The translations under genes and the position numbers were made by a program. Source: an uncultured Candidatus Saccharibacteria bacterium (GTDB lineage: Bacteria > Patescibacteriota > Minisyncoccia > Phycocordibacterales > UBA9973). Taken from it: a stretch of DNA of 64,000 nt. The notes beneath the pieces were generated by a model that was given only the letters and a program-made list of their open reading frames with translations, did not search any database and was not told the origin of the DNA. Numbering within the stretch: position 1 is the first letter of the stretch; each line of letters opens with the position of its first letter. The stretch lies in contig CAYVZI010000007.1 in assembly GCA_964456475.1 (NCBI GenBank), forward strand, positions 294-64,293. The letters are read 5' to 3'. This document shows, piece after piece, positions 49,422 to 57,979 of this stretch.

Positions 49422-50363
49422 ATGCAAAAAATAGTAATACACAAACAAAATAACCCTCTCCACAAGAATGTAATTCGAGTTTTTTCTACTTTCTATTTTC
49501 TGCTTTCTATTTTCTGCTTCGTAACCGAAGCACACGCGGCCGATTCTCAAATGCAATTTGTGCTACCCTCGAGCTCTGTTGGAGTCGGCGATGAATTTGC
49601 TGTACCACTGACACTCCGAAGTGGTGATCAAAAGGTGAATACAATAAGCGGTGATATTGTTTTTTCAGATTCTACGGTTCGACTCGCTCGTGTGTCTACT
49701 GCAAATTCGATTATAACTTCATGGATCGATCAACCGATTCTTTCAGGGAATTCGGTCACCTTTTCTGGAATTATTGCAGGTGGTTTTGAAGGTGTTATTG
49801 ATCCAACAACCAACACACGTACTGATGGTGTTGTGATTACTTTGTATTTTGAGGCGACTCATCAAGGTACGGCTTCAATTTCCTTTGCTGATTTTCATGC
49901 ATATCTCAATGACGGCATGGGGACAGAAGCAACACTCTCCTTGCTTCCACTTACTTTTGTTGTTGAAAAGATTGGTACAGGAATGAAGTCTGATATACTA
50001 GATACAGTTCCTCCAGAATCATTTACTCCAATTGTTTCTGCTATACCTGATTTGTACGACGGTGCGTATGCACTATTCTTTCAAACAACAGACAAAGGAT
50101 CAGGACTCAGTCATTATGAAGTGAGCGAAGCATTCGGACCCTGGAAGAGGGTAACGAGTCCGCACCTGCTTTCAGATCAATCGCTCCGTGGTCCAATTCG
50201 AGTAAAAGCGGTTGATGAGGCCGGTAATTACAGAATCGAAACAATGCCAGGGGCTGGTCTATTCAACAAAAATATACTTTTGATTCCGTTTGGTCTTGTG
50301 GGGCTACTTGTATTATGGATTTTCCTTGTGTACAAAAAGAAAATGAAGAAAAAATATATATAA
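49422..50363 (+). CDS. Cohesin-like domain protein, C-terminal TM
   Basis: VGDEFAVPL, VNTISGDI, FSGIIAGGF, LNDGMGT, VKAVDEAGN, TM plus KKK. Confidence 0.75.
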   Translation: MQKIVIHKQNNPLHKNVIRVFSTFYFLLSIFCFVTEAHAADSQMQFVLPSSSVGVGDEFAVPLTLRSGDQKVNTISGDIVFSDSTVRLARVSTANSIITSWIDQPILSGNSVTFSGIIAGGFEGVIDPTTNTRTDGVVITLYFEATHQGTASISFADFHAYLNDGMGTEATLSLLPLTFVVEKIGTGMKSDILDTVPPESFTPIVSAIPDLYDGAYALFFQTTDKGSGLSHYEVSEAFGPWKRVTSPHLLSDQSLRGPIRVKAVDEAGNYRIETMPGAGLFNKNILLIPFGLVGLLVLWIFLVYKKKMKKKYI

Positions 50364-50372
50364 TTTTACAAA

Positions 50373-51932
50373 ATGAACAAGAGGTTACTCACATCATTTA
50401 CAGTACTCGGATTTTTGCTTCTTTCTATTGCAACGCCTGTGTTTGCAGCAGATTTGTTGATTACTCCAAGTTCAGGATCCTATTCTGTGGGTAGGGATTT
50501 TACTGTATTGATCAAGGTTTCCACACCAGACCAATCTGCAAACGCATTTTCTGGCGAGATTGGCTATCCTACCGACAAACTTAGAGTACAGAATGTTTCA
50601 AAATCAAACTCAATAATCAACTATTGGCCGACAGAACCATCTGTATCTTCTGGAATCATAAAATACGAAGGAGTAAGTGTGAACCCTGGCTATACTGGTT
50701 CCTCTGGAACATTGCTTCAAATTACGTTTCGTACGCTTGCACCCGGAGTTGCGACTGTGAGATTCAAATCTGCGTCAGTTTTGGCCAATGATGGTCTTGC
50801 CACAAGTATTCTCAACAATCTTGGAATCGGTTCGTATACAATCAAGACACTCGATGTTCCCATTGAAGACATTCCAACAAAGGTGACTGCAGTACCCGGG
50901 TTACCCGAAGCACCTCAGGTGACTTCAAGTACTCACCCTGACCAGACATTGTGGTACAAAAACAATACGCCACTCATAAACTGGACAATACCTAGCGGAA
51001 TTTCCGGTGTAGGTCTCATGGTCAACGAAACTGCGACCACAATTCCTACCGTGCGGTCTCTCGGACGTGTCACGGGATATAACATTGCGAAACTTACCGA
51101 TGGGGAGTGGTATGCGCACGTTCGCTATTTGAATGGAAACGGATGGGGTACTACAGCGCATTATCGATTTGGAATAGACACCGTACCTCCGACTGATTTT
51201 GCTATTACCCCAAATATTCCTGAAAAAGATGCCACAACCGCCACACTTTCTTTGTCTACGACTGATACTGTGTCTGGAATTGATCGATATATCTTGAGTA
51301 TTGATGGAGGTGCTCCAATTGTCGTTCCTGCGACAATGGTATGGGAGACTCCAGTGTTGCCACCAGGTAATCATACGGTGGTAGGAGAAGTATTCGATAA
51401 GGCTGGCAACAGTAAGAGTGTAACGGCTACATTTACAACGACTGGAATTCCAGCTCCAACAATTACTACCTATCCAAAGGAATTGAAGACGGGAGAGACT
51501 CTTATTATAACTGGAAGTGCACATCCGAAATCGACAGTTCTGATTTCGATTACAGAGAAGACTGACAATAAATATTCGTTTGGATCAATCGTATATCAAA
51601 AGAACGATAGTCCAGATGTAGAAGAAGTCGTCGCTGATGCACAAGGAGCATTTACATTTATTTACGATAAGAAGGTAAAGAGCGGTACATACACACTCTC
51701 TGCTGTCACCAAGTTTGGAGTATATGAAAGTGCTTCCAGTAATTCCGTTACGATTAATGTAACGCAGTCGTTGTTTATGCGACTTCTCGGGTTGTTTATC
51801 CAGTACTTCAACATAATCGTTTCTTGTATAGCTATCATCTCATTGTTTATTTCGGTAATGCTGTATCGCGAGATCAAAAAAATCCACAGGCACATCGGCT
51901 ATCCGGAAGGAGGCCCAAAGCCGATGGTTTAG
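50373..51932 (+). CDS. Cohesin-like + Ig-like domains protein, C-terminal TM
   Basis: VGRDFTV, NAFSG, PGYTG..LLQITF, LANDG, SSTHPDQ..WY, DKAGN. Confidence 0.78.
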   Translation: MNKRLLTSFTVLGFLLLSIATPVFAADLLITPSSGSYSVGRDFTVLIKVSTPDQSANAFSGEIGYPTDKLRVQNVSKSNSIINYWPTEPSVSSGIIKYEGVSVNPGYTGSSGTLLQITFRTLAPGVATVRFKSASVLANDGLATSILNNLGIGSYTIKTLDVPIEDIPTKVTAVPGLPEAPQVTSSTHPDQTLWYKNNTPLINWTIPSGISGVGLMVNETATTIPTVRSLGRVTGYNIAKLTDGEWYAHVRYLNGNGWGTTAHYRFGIDTVPPTDFAITPNIPEKDATTATLSLSTTDTVSGIDRYILSIDGGAPIVVPATMVWETPVLPPGNHTVVGEVFDKAGNSKSVTATFTTTGIPAPTITTYPKELKTGETLIITGSAHPKSTVLISITEKTDNKYSFGSIVYQKNDSPDVEEVVADAQGAFTFIYDKKVKSGTYTLSAVTKFGVYESASSNSVTINVTQSLFMRLLGLFIQYFNIIVSCIAIISLFISVMLYREIKKIHRHIGYPEGGPKPMV

Positions 51933-51940
51933 CTATCCTC

Positions 51941-51985
51941 AAAAACAGTCAAAAAGCCTTAAAAATAAGGCTCTTTGACTGTTTT
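51941..51985 (+). terminator. Terminator of the surface locus
   Basis: aaaacagtcaaaaagcctt..aaggctctttgactgtttt. Confidence 0.7.
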
Positions 51986-52093
51986 AGGGTATAAATTACT
52001 TGACAAATATAATATAATATGGTAATATATAAATGAAAAGGTGTGGCATTCAGCTACTCCGCAAAAATACAAACAAACTAAAATTGTATATTT

Positions 52094-52459
52094 ATGAAAA
52101 GTGTTCTTTTAAGTATCGCCATGTTAGTAATCATCGTGTTGACCTCAAACCAGGCTAGTGCTCAGACTTTGGGCACATATGAGCCAAAGGTGATGAGTGA
52201 AAACTTCACTATTGGTGGAGTTCAGATTACGATGAAATGGTTCTCGGAAACGGGAATCCATTATTACGGTAAAGACATACTGAATAAGTATGTCACCATC
52301 AAAAACGGCGTAATTTACGCCAAACCCTGCTGTGACAGGCCGGTGTCCATTACGGTGGACACAAACAGCGGCCAAGCTGTACACTTTGTACAGCCGGGTG
52401 ACAAAAAAATTATTCTCGCTCGCACCAGCGAAAAGGCACGCATCGAACTGCAGTTTTAG
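52094..52459 (+). CDS. Secreted hypothetical protein
   Basis: Signal peptide; TTGACA promoter at 52000, terminator 52477-52510. Confidence 0.75.
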   Translation: MKSVLLSIAMLVIIVLTSNQASAQTLGTYEPKVMSENFTIGGVQITMKWFSETGIHYYGKDILNKYVTIKNGVIYAKPCCDRPVSITVDTNSGQAVHFVQPGDKKIILARTSEKARIELQF

Positions 52460-52559
52460 TAGCAGTTCATAATATTCAAAAGAGCCGGATTTAATTCGGC
52501 TCTTTTTTTGTTTTGACATCAAGCAATACTATTGGTATTGTTATGAAAAATACGGGTTT

Positions 52560-52904
52560 ATGAAAAAAAAGATATTGATTGTTGAAGATCTTGAATTACA
52601 AAATTTCATATATAGAGAACAAATGGAGCGTTATTTTGAACTTCTTTTTGCAACCACTCATCAGGAGGCACTCAAGCTCTTTTCAGATAATTCTGATATA
52701 GAATTGATCGTCATGGATGCTTATTTGGAAGGGGATACTCCGGACACTATTCCGTTGGTGACTTATTTTAGAAAGTCTTTTTCTAAAACAATTATTGCCA
52801 CTTCGAGCGATATTAAATACCGCAAGTATTTACTAAGCGCCGGATGCGACCTCGAGTGCGACAAAAATGAGGTGGCAAAGGTTGTAAGGAAGATTTTACA
52901 ATAA
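52560..52904 (+). CDS. Single-domain response regulator
   Basis: ILIVED, LIVMD, IIATSS, K conserved; own promoter and terminator. Confidence 0.85.
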   Translation: MKKKILIVEDLELQNFIYREQMERYFELLFATTHQEALKLFSDNSDIELIVMDAYLEGDTPDTIPLVTYFRKSFSKTIIATSSDIKYRKYLLSAGCDLECDKNEVAKVVRKILQ

Positions 52905-53075
52905 CCAATCACCGCTGATTTTCAGCGGTGATTTTTTATGAGGTATTTTGACACGTACTAATTTTTGTAGTATTGTTCAATCGAAATTGTATATCCTGTC
53001 GCTATTTCATGGTATTACACCAGTTCCAATTTTTTTGGCGCAAGACGGGTTTCCTTTACAAATAAATAGTACTAA

Positions 53076-53807
53076 ATGAAACAGATTACATTTCCACCCA
53101 ATGGGCAAACAACCGACCTTCAATTGGCAAGTTTTTTTAGAATAACTCATGAATTAGGTGATCGCTATAAGAGGGGCTTACTACCTCATGATTTTACCCT
53201 ACAAGGACTTCAGCAACTGCTTGAAAATAAATACTCATTTCAAACTGATTTTGGTGTATTTAAACTCTTTGGACACTCTATTAAAGTTTACGACGTTCAA
53301 ACGAGAAGCGGATATGGACCTGAGGAATTTTTTAAAGAAGAAAACATTCCAAATATTGCTAAAGCGGAAAGGCTACCATACACAGAAGAGTTTATTCAAA
53401 GCTTCAAGGTAGATAGTGCCAGCACAGCCCAACTTATTGTTTTGGCACCATATCGCTTCCCAGAAAAAGCAAATATCGAGTATATACTCGATGAAATAAG
53501 TAATCAAAGATTATTTCCGAAGATCACGTTGGGTCATATGGAAGGCATGCTAAAAAATTATACCTCTGGATTTTCACGCGATGAGGCCCTGTTTGAGGGT
53601 ATTGATGGTAACTATTTCCCGATTCGCGATAATCAAAAACAAATATGGCTAATCCGTGTATGGCTGCATTCAGATGGACACTGGTATTATAAGTTTATTA
53701 ATTCAGCTGATTTTTCGAAAGAAAAGTTGCGTCCAAATGGACGATTGTGGCTAATTTCAAGGAAGGACTATCTTGCAAATGGAAATGATTGTAGCAGCTT
53801 CGTTTAA
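53076..53807 (+). CDS. Hypothetical protein
   Basis: 243 aa; TTGACA-17-TATTGT promoter at 52948. Confidence 0.75.
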   Translation: MKQITFPPNGQTTDLQLASFFRITHELGDRYKRGLLPHDFTLQGLQQLLENKYSFQTDFGVFKLFGHSIKVYDVQTRSGYGPEEFFKEENIPNIAKAERLPYTEEFIQSFKVDSASTAQLIVLAPYRFPEKANIEYILDEISNQRLFPKITLGHMEGMLKNYTSGFSRDEALFEGIDGNYFPIRDNQKQIWLIRVWLHSDGHWYYKFINSADFSKEKLRPNGRLWLISRKDYLANGNDCSSFV

Positions 53808-53940
53808 TTGACGAATAGAAAGTTGAAAATTATCAGTAGTAGTACATTAAATACAGCTCTCACCTGCTGTATTTTTTTATATTGACGAATTGCGATGAAA
53901 TGATAGTGTAAAGTAAAATCACTTATTTAATCAATCTGAT

Positions 53941-54387
53941 ATGACAAACGAGATATTAAAGGCCAAAGAAATCCTCAATAAAAGGTTTTGTTTTATGGAA
54001 TGGCAGGCAATCGATGCTCGAGCATGTGGCGAAACTCTTATGAAAATGGATGACATCGAATACCTGCTGTCTTTAGATGGTTTTGCAAAAGGCGATGTTG
54101 TTTCTTTTGCTTCAATAAATGAGGAGTCGTATGATTCGTCGTTGTTATTTGAGACCATAGAAACTGCCAAGAACACAGGCAAGCAAGGTGTGCGCATAAT
54201 GTGCACGATTTTAACTGGTCCGGATAGTGTCAGATTAAGGAAGAGCGGTTACTATATCGTTGATGCAGGACACGGGTCAGTAATCTGGGATGAAATTTAT
54301 TTTTCAGAAGAGGCCTATATCAAAAGCCAAATAGCAAGTTTTCAAAACTTGTTTGGAGGACTTAAGAGTATTGCTCAAATGATTTAG
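53941..54387 (+). CDS. Hypothetical protein
   Basis: 148 aa; TTGACG promoter at 53882, terminator 54408-54440. Confidence 0.7.
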   Translation: MTNEILKAKEILNKRFCFMEWQAIDARACGETLMKMDDIEYLLSLDGFAKGDVVSFASINEESYDSSLLFETIETAKNTGKQGVRIMCTILTGPDSVRLRKSGYYIVDAGHGSVIWDEIYFSEEAYIKSQIASFQNLFGGLKSIAQMI

Positions 54388-54459
54388 TATTTGAATACGA
54401 AAACTGTAAAAATGCAAAGGAAATGCCCTTTGCATTTTTTATTAGGAAACCTTGGTGTG

Positions 54460-54672
54460 TTAATCTTCCAGATTGATTTTACCCTCTGCGATTTTAAAAC
54501 AAGTATTTTCCAGCATAAAAAGTTTGTGTTGCAGCTCTCTTAGGGTGTTGAGTTCTGAGATGAAAACCTGAGCTACTTTAGGGTTTTTTAAAAAGGCTAA
54601 AATATGCTTATCATATTCCGTATTGTACTTTTGCCACTCATCAGCGATTTTTTCAAATTCTTCTCTTTTCAT
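54460..54672 (-). CDS. Small hypothetical protein
   Basis: 70-aa helical ORF converging on a terminator. Confidence 0.6.
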   Translation of the reverse strand: MKREEFEKIADEWQKYNTEYDKHILAFLKNPKVAQVFISELNTLRELQHKLFMLENTCFKIAEGKINLED

Positions 54673-54880
54673 GAGTATATTTTAGCATTTTATATGAATT
54701 ATTTAACATAATGATACTAAATTTTATTTTAAAAAAAGAGGGACAGGTAGGGTTAAATGGATCCTGTCTCACAAAGTCGGGTTGGTTGTTTTAAAACAGC
54801 AGAATGACCATTCTCGTGCGTCTCAAAAATCCTTTACTTTAATTAATTTTCATGTTAAAATAAAAGAAAATTCTAGTATT

Positions 54881-55444
54881 ATGAAACCAATCGACTCAGT
54901 ACATTTACAGAAATTTTACGGAATACTAACTGAAATTGATAAGATATTTCCGCTAAACATGTCAAATATCCGCTCAGTAATTGAGACTAAGGGAAAGAAA
55001 TCATTTCCTGCAAACGAAAAGACAGCCGTGGCTCTTGCGGTAACAGATAACATACGGGATCAATGCAAACCGTATGTTCCAGTTATAGCTATTACCTCTG
55101 CCCCTCATCATTTATCCGACCACGTAGGAATACTAGAGCTTAAAATTATGGATAGTAGAAAAAACTCTGCTGATGGACTAAGCTTTATCGCATGGTTGTC
55201 AGTTTTTCCAAGCGGCAGAATGATTTTTGGAATGGATGGAGCCAGTCTTGATTCCAATGGAAAAAATATTGTTATCAACGAAGACGTGGCGCGTCGCGAC
55301 CATAAGTTTTTTGCTGAGAATACCCTGGTTCGCAATTTGCGAGTGACAATGCTTCAGGTTTTTAGGTCTAAAGAAACAATCGCAATCGATGCAAAAGCAC
55401 AACTACTCAGAATCTTTTCCGAACAAATCCCTCAGAATAACTAG
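54881..55444 (+). CDS. Hypothetical protein
   Basis: ATG 54881; terminator 55461-55496. Confidence 0.7.
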   Translation: MKPIDSVHLQKFYGILTEIDKIFPLNMSNIRSVIETKGKKSFPANEKTAVALAVTDNIRDQCKPYVPVIAITSAPHHLSDHVGILELKIMDSRKNSADGLSFIAWLSVFPSGRMIFGMDGASLDSNGKNIVINEDVARRDHKFFAENTLVRNLRVTMLQVFRSKETIAIDAKAQLLRIFSEQIPQNN

Positions 55445-55549
55445 GATTTGTAGAACTACTACCGCCTATAAAGCATCACTTTATAGGCGGTTTTTTATAT
55501 CCCGACCTTCTCATTTACATATTCCTACGGGGAAGTGGGTACAAGGATC

Positions 55550-55684
55550 GGTCAGGAATAATTTTGCTATCGTCAAAGCAAAATTTTCACGACCCTGACT
55601 CGCCATTTTTTGTGCTCAATAAATATGGCTGCGTCTTTCGATTCTCCGACACGAGACAAGTAGTTGTCTCGTTTAGAGTCACCG
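55550..55684 (-). ncRNA. tRNA-trailer structured element, copy 2 (3' of tRNA-Glu)
   Basis: Core 55550-55635 plus antisense tRNA arm 55637-55684. Confidence 0.7.
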
Positions 55685-55727
55685 AACAAAAATGGCTCGA
55701 CCAAAGTCGAGCGCATTTTTGAACCGG

Positions 55728-55799
55728 TGACTCTACGGGGAATCGAACCCCGATTTAATCCTTGAGAAGGATCTGTCCTAACCGTTAGACGATAGAGCC
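55728..55799 (-). tRNA. tRNA-Glu(CTC)
   Basis: GGCTCTA/TAGAGTC acceptor, GATCC-TTCTCAA-GGATT arm, GTTCGATT. Confidence 0.93.
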
Positions 55800-55817
55800 A
55801 ATATTAAATTTATACAC

Positions 55818-55958
55818 AACCCCGATTTCAGTCACTCATAAATCGTTGTTACGATTTTGTGCGACCCCGACTCAGACCGCCGTCTTCCGTCTTTAATAAA
55901 GCATCCCATGCTTTATTAACTTGAGAAGGATCTGTCCTAACCGTTAGACGATAGAGCC
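55818..55958 (-). pseudogene. Interrupted partial tRNA-Glu duplicate containing element copy 3 (55830-55891)
   Basis: 55920-55958 identical to 55761-55799; 55818-55828 identical to 55746-55756. Confidence 0.75.
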
Positions 55959-56068
55959 TTAATAAAACAAGCTTACATTAGCACATTTTGTGTCAAGTGT
56001 AAATATTTTGACTAGAGTGATATAATAGTTACAGAAAAATATTATTAATTAGTACTAAGAAGTATTTT

Positions 56069-56308
56069 ATGCACAAAGTTTCAATCTACACGACAGACAC
56101 CTGTCACTACTGTCATCTTGCAAAGGATTATTTTAAGGAAAATAATGTTGCCTATGATGAATTTAACGTAGGAGTTGATATGGTCAAGCGAAAGGAGATG
56201 GTAGAACTCTCAAAACAGCTCGGAGTACCGGTTATCAAAATTGACGATTCATTCGTGGTTGGTTTTGATCAGCCCAAAATCGCCTCACTTCTTGGACTTT
56301 CAGCTTAA
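56069..56308 (+). CDS. Glutaredoxin/NrdH-like redoxin
   Basis: YTTDTCHYC, GVPVI, VGFD. Confidence 0.93.
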   Translation: MHKVSIYTTDTCHYCHLAKDYFKENNVAYDEFNVGVDMVKRKEMVELSKQLGVPVIKIDDSFVVGFDQPKIASLLGLSA

Positions 56309-56356
56309 GTAAAAAATGTGTATGCTAAAGACACCCTAACGGGTGTTTTTAGATTA

Positions 56357-56428
56357 GCCCCCGTAGTTCAATGGATAGAACAGTCCCGTCCTAAGGGATA
56401 GATGCACGTTCGATTCGTACCGGGGGCA
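56357..56428 (+). tRNA. tRNA-Arg(CCT)
   Basis: GCCCCCG/CGGGGGC acceptor, GTCCC-GTCCTAA-GGGAT arm, GTTCGATT. Confidence 0.9.
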
Positions 56429-56478
56429 CGAGATGGAAAAGAGCGAATCTACTTCGCTCTTTTTCTATACTCGTGCCG

Positions 56479-56564
56479 GCCGGATCGATGTTTTACCATC
56501 GGGTAAAACCGTGAGGCAGGGTCGTGAAAATTTTGTTTTGACAAAAACAAAATTATTCCTGACC
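56479..56564 (+). ncRNA. tRNA-trailer structured element, copy 4 (3' of tRNA-Arg)
   Basis: gccggatcgatg..ccgtgaggcagggtcgtgaaaa..ttattcctgacc. Confidence 0.7.
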
Positions 56565-56569
56565 ACACA

Positions 56570-56607
56570 CAAAACAAAATCACCCCAAACGGGGTGATTT
56601 TGTTTTT
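56570..56607. terminator. Bidirectional terminator between Arg and Phe trailers
   Basis: aaaacaaaatcacccc-aaac-ggggtgattttgtttt. Confidence 0.8.
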
Positions 56608-56616
56608 CTGCTTGCT

Positions 56617-56700
56617 GGTCACAAATAATTCTTCGTCGCCACTCGGAATTTTCGCGACCCCACCTCGTGGTTTCGCGTACTCGCGAAGCATCACTCCGGT
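56617..56700 (-). ncRNA. tRNA-trailer structured element, copy 5 (3' of tRNA-Phe)
   Basis: accggagtgatg..ccacgaggtggggtcgcgaaaa..ttatttgtgacc. Confidence 0.7.
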
Positions 56701-56755
56701 TCACAAAAGCGAAAGAGAGAGCCGTAGAGGCTCTCTCTTTACACTCACGCTTTTG

Positions 56756-56828
56756 TGCTCGGGACCAGACTCGAACCGGTGACCTATCCCTCTTCAGGGG
56801 AGCGCTCTACCAACTGAGCTACCCGAGC
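56756..56828 (-). tRNA. tRNA-Phe(GAA)
   Basis: GCTCGGG/CCCGAGC acceptor, loop CTGAAGA, GTTCGAGT. Confidence 0.93.
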
Positions 56829-56869
56829 ATTTATTTATTGTAAAAACAGTATCATATTCTTGGCATTTT

Positions 56870-56943
56870 GCCGACCCCTATCTCTCTGAGGGGATAAACA
56901 GTGTGGGACAGTGTTTATTTCACCAACTGAGCTACCCGAGCAT
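56870..56943 (-). pseudogene. Degenerate 5' duplicate of tRNA-Phe
   Basis: 56922-56943 identical to 56809-56830. Confidence 0.55.
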
Positions 56944-56983
56944 ATTATTATTTTGTATTTCCTAGAGCCTAATTATCTAAGGC

Positions 56984-57289
56984 CTAGTTCTGTTGCTGTT
57001 GTGTGATTTGATCTATGATACCTTGAATATTTTTTGCTTCAGGGATTTGAAAAAGGGAAGTGCCTTCCTTTTTTTCTCCACTGATACTTGAATAAAGATT
57101 GTTCAAGGTGTTGAAATATGGCTTGAGAAAATAAAAACCACCAACGGCAAATGTGATGATAGCTACCCAATAAATCGCCTTGAACATCTGAGTGTTTTTC
57201 TGAGTACTACGAACCTTCTTGATGTACTCATTATTTTCCTCAGCAAGAGCAAGGATGCGATCTAGCTTTTTTGAATCTTCTGCGTCCAC
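56984..57289 (-). CDS. Hypothetical single-TM protein
   Basis: GTG start, LAEENNE..YWVAII..YFLKPY. Confidence 0.75.
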   Translation of the reverse strand: MDAEDSKKLDRILALAEENNEYIKKVRSTQKNTQMFKAIYWVAIITFAVGGFYFLKPYFNTLNNLYSSISGEKKEGTSLFQIPEAKNIQGIIDQITQQQQN

Positions 57290-57385
57290 AGGACTACTTT
57301 AACACAAATATATACGTATTTCAAACAGTACTGGTATAAAAAAATGGCAGGCTTTTCATGCCTGCCAAAAATACGTTTTACGTTC

Positions 57386-57874
57386 CTATACCAGAATTCC
57401 TTCCATTGGTTCGGTGATACTACAGCCATTCCGACTGTACATCACAAGTGAGCCTTCCGTACTTAGTATCCCGTGACCATAAGGGATTGTAGTAGGTCGT
57501 CCATCCGAACTTATTTCAAGTAATTCTTTTGGAAGTATGTACCTGTCGTCTTCATGTGCCACAAGAATGAGCACTTTTGCGCTTGAATTCTGCAAGTGGT
57601 TCAGTATGATTTTTGCCTTACTCAGGTAATTCATACCGTCGTACTCGCGAAGCTCAGGTATTTCATCAAAAGGAATTCCCAAAGGTCCTGCGATGATTAA
57701 AGCTGTTTCTATTGCTTTGTCGGTGGGTGAGGAGATTATAAAGCATTCCTTCATCCCAATGTTTTTTGTAATTGGATCGAGAATGCTCACAATCTGCTTC
57801 TTGCCTTTTGTCGTTAAGTGTCCGCTGTGCGAATTTCCTGGGTTAACGAATAAAATCATTTCCAATAGTTTCAT
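57386..57874 (-). CDS. Histidine phosphatase-fold protein lacking RHG
   Basis: LTTKGKKQ, ISSP..AIETA, ELRE, ILVAH. Confidence 0.6.
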   Translation of the reverse strand: MKLLEMILFVNPGNSHSGHLTTKGKKQIVSILDPITKNIGMKECFIISSPTDKAIETALIIAGPLGIPFDEIPELREYDGMNYLSKAKIILNHLQNSSAKVLILVAHEDDRYILPKELLEISSDGRPTTIPYGHGILSTEGSLVMYSRNGCSITEPMEGILV

Positions 57875-57979
57875 AAAATGAGTTAGTTTTTGTTTGAAAC
57901 TATATTAACACATATTTGAAAAAATGTACATAGTTTGGAATTGTTTACCGCTTTGTACAAGATTTGATACAATATCAGC

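Noticed and set aside
55829-55919. Group I intron in tRNA-Glu
   Set aside because: 91 nt is too short, no P7 core is evident, and the downstream exon lacks the T-stem 3' strand and acceptor
56429-56564. Hammerhead or HDV-like (theta) ribozyme identity for the element
   Set aside because: No CUGANGA/GAAA core or nested double pseudoknot could be traced by eye, and distance from the tRNA end varies; needs a CM search
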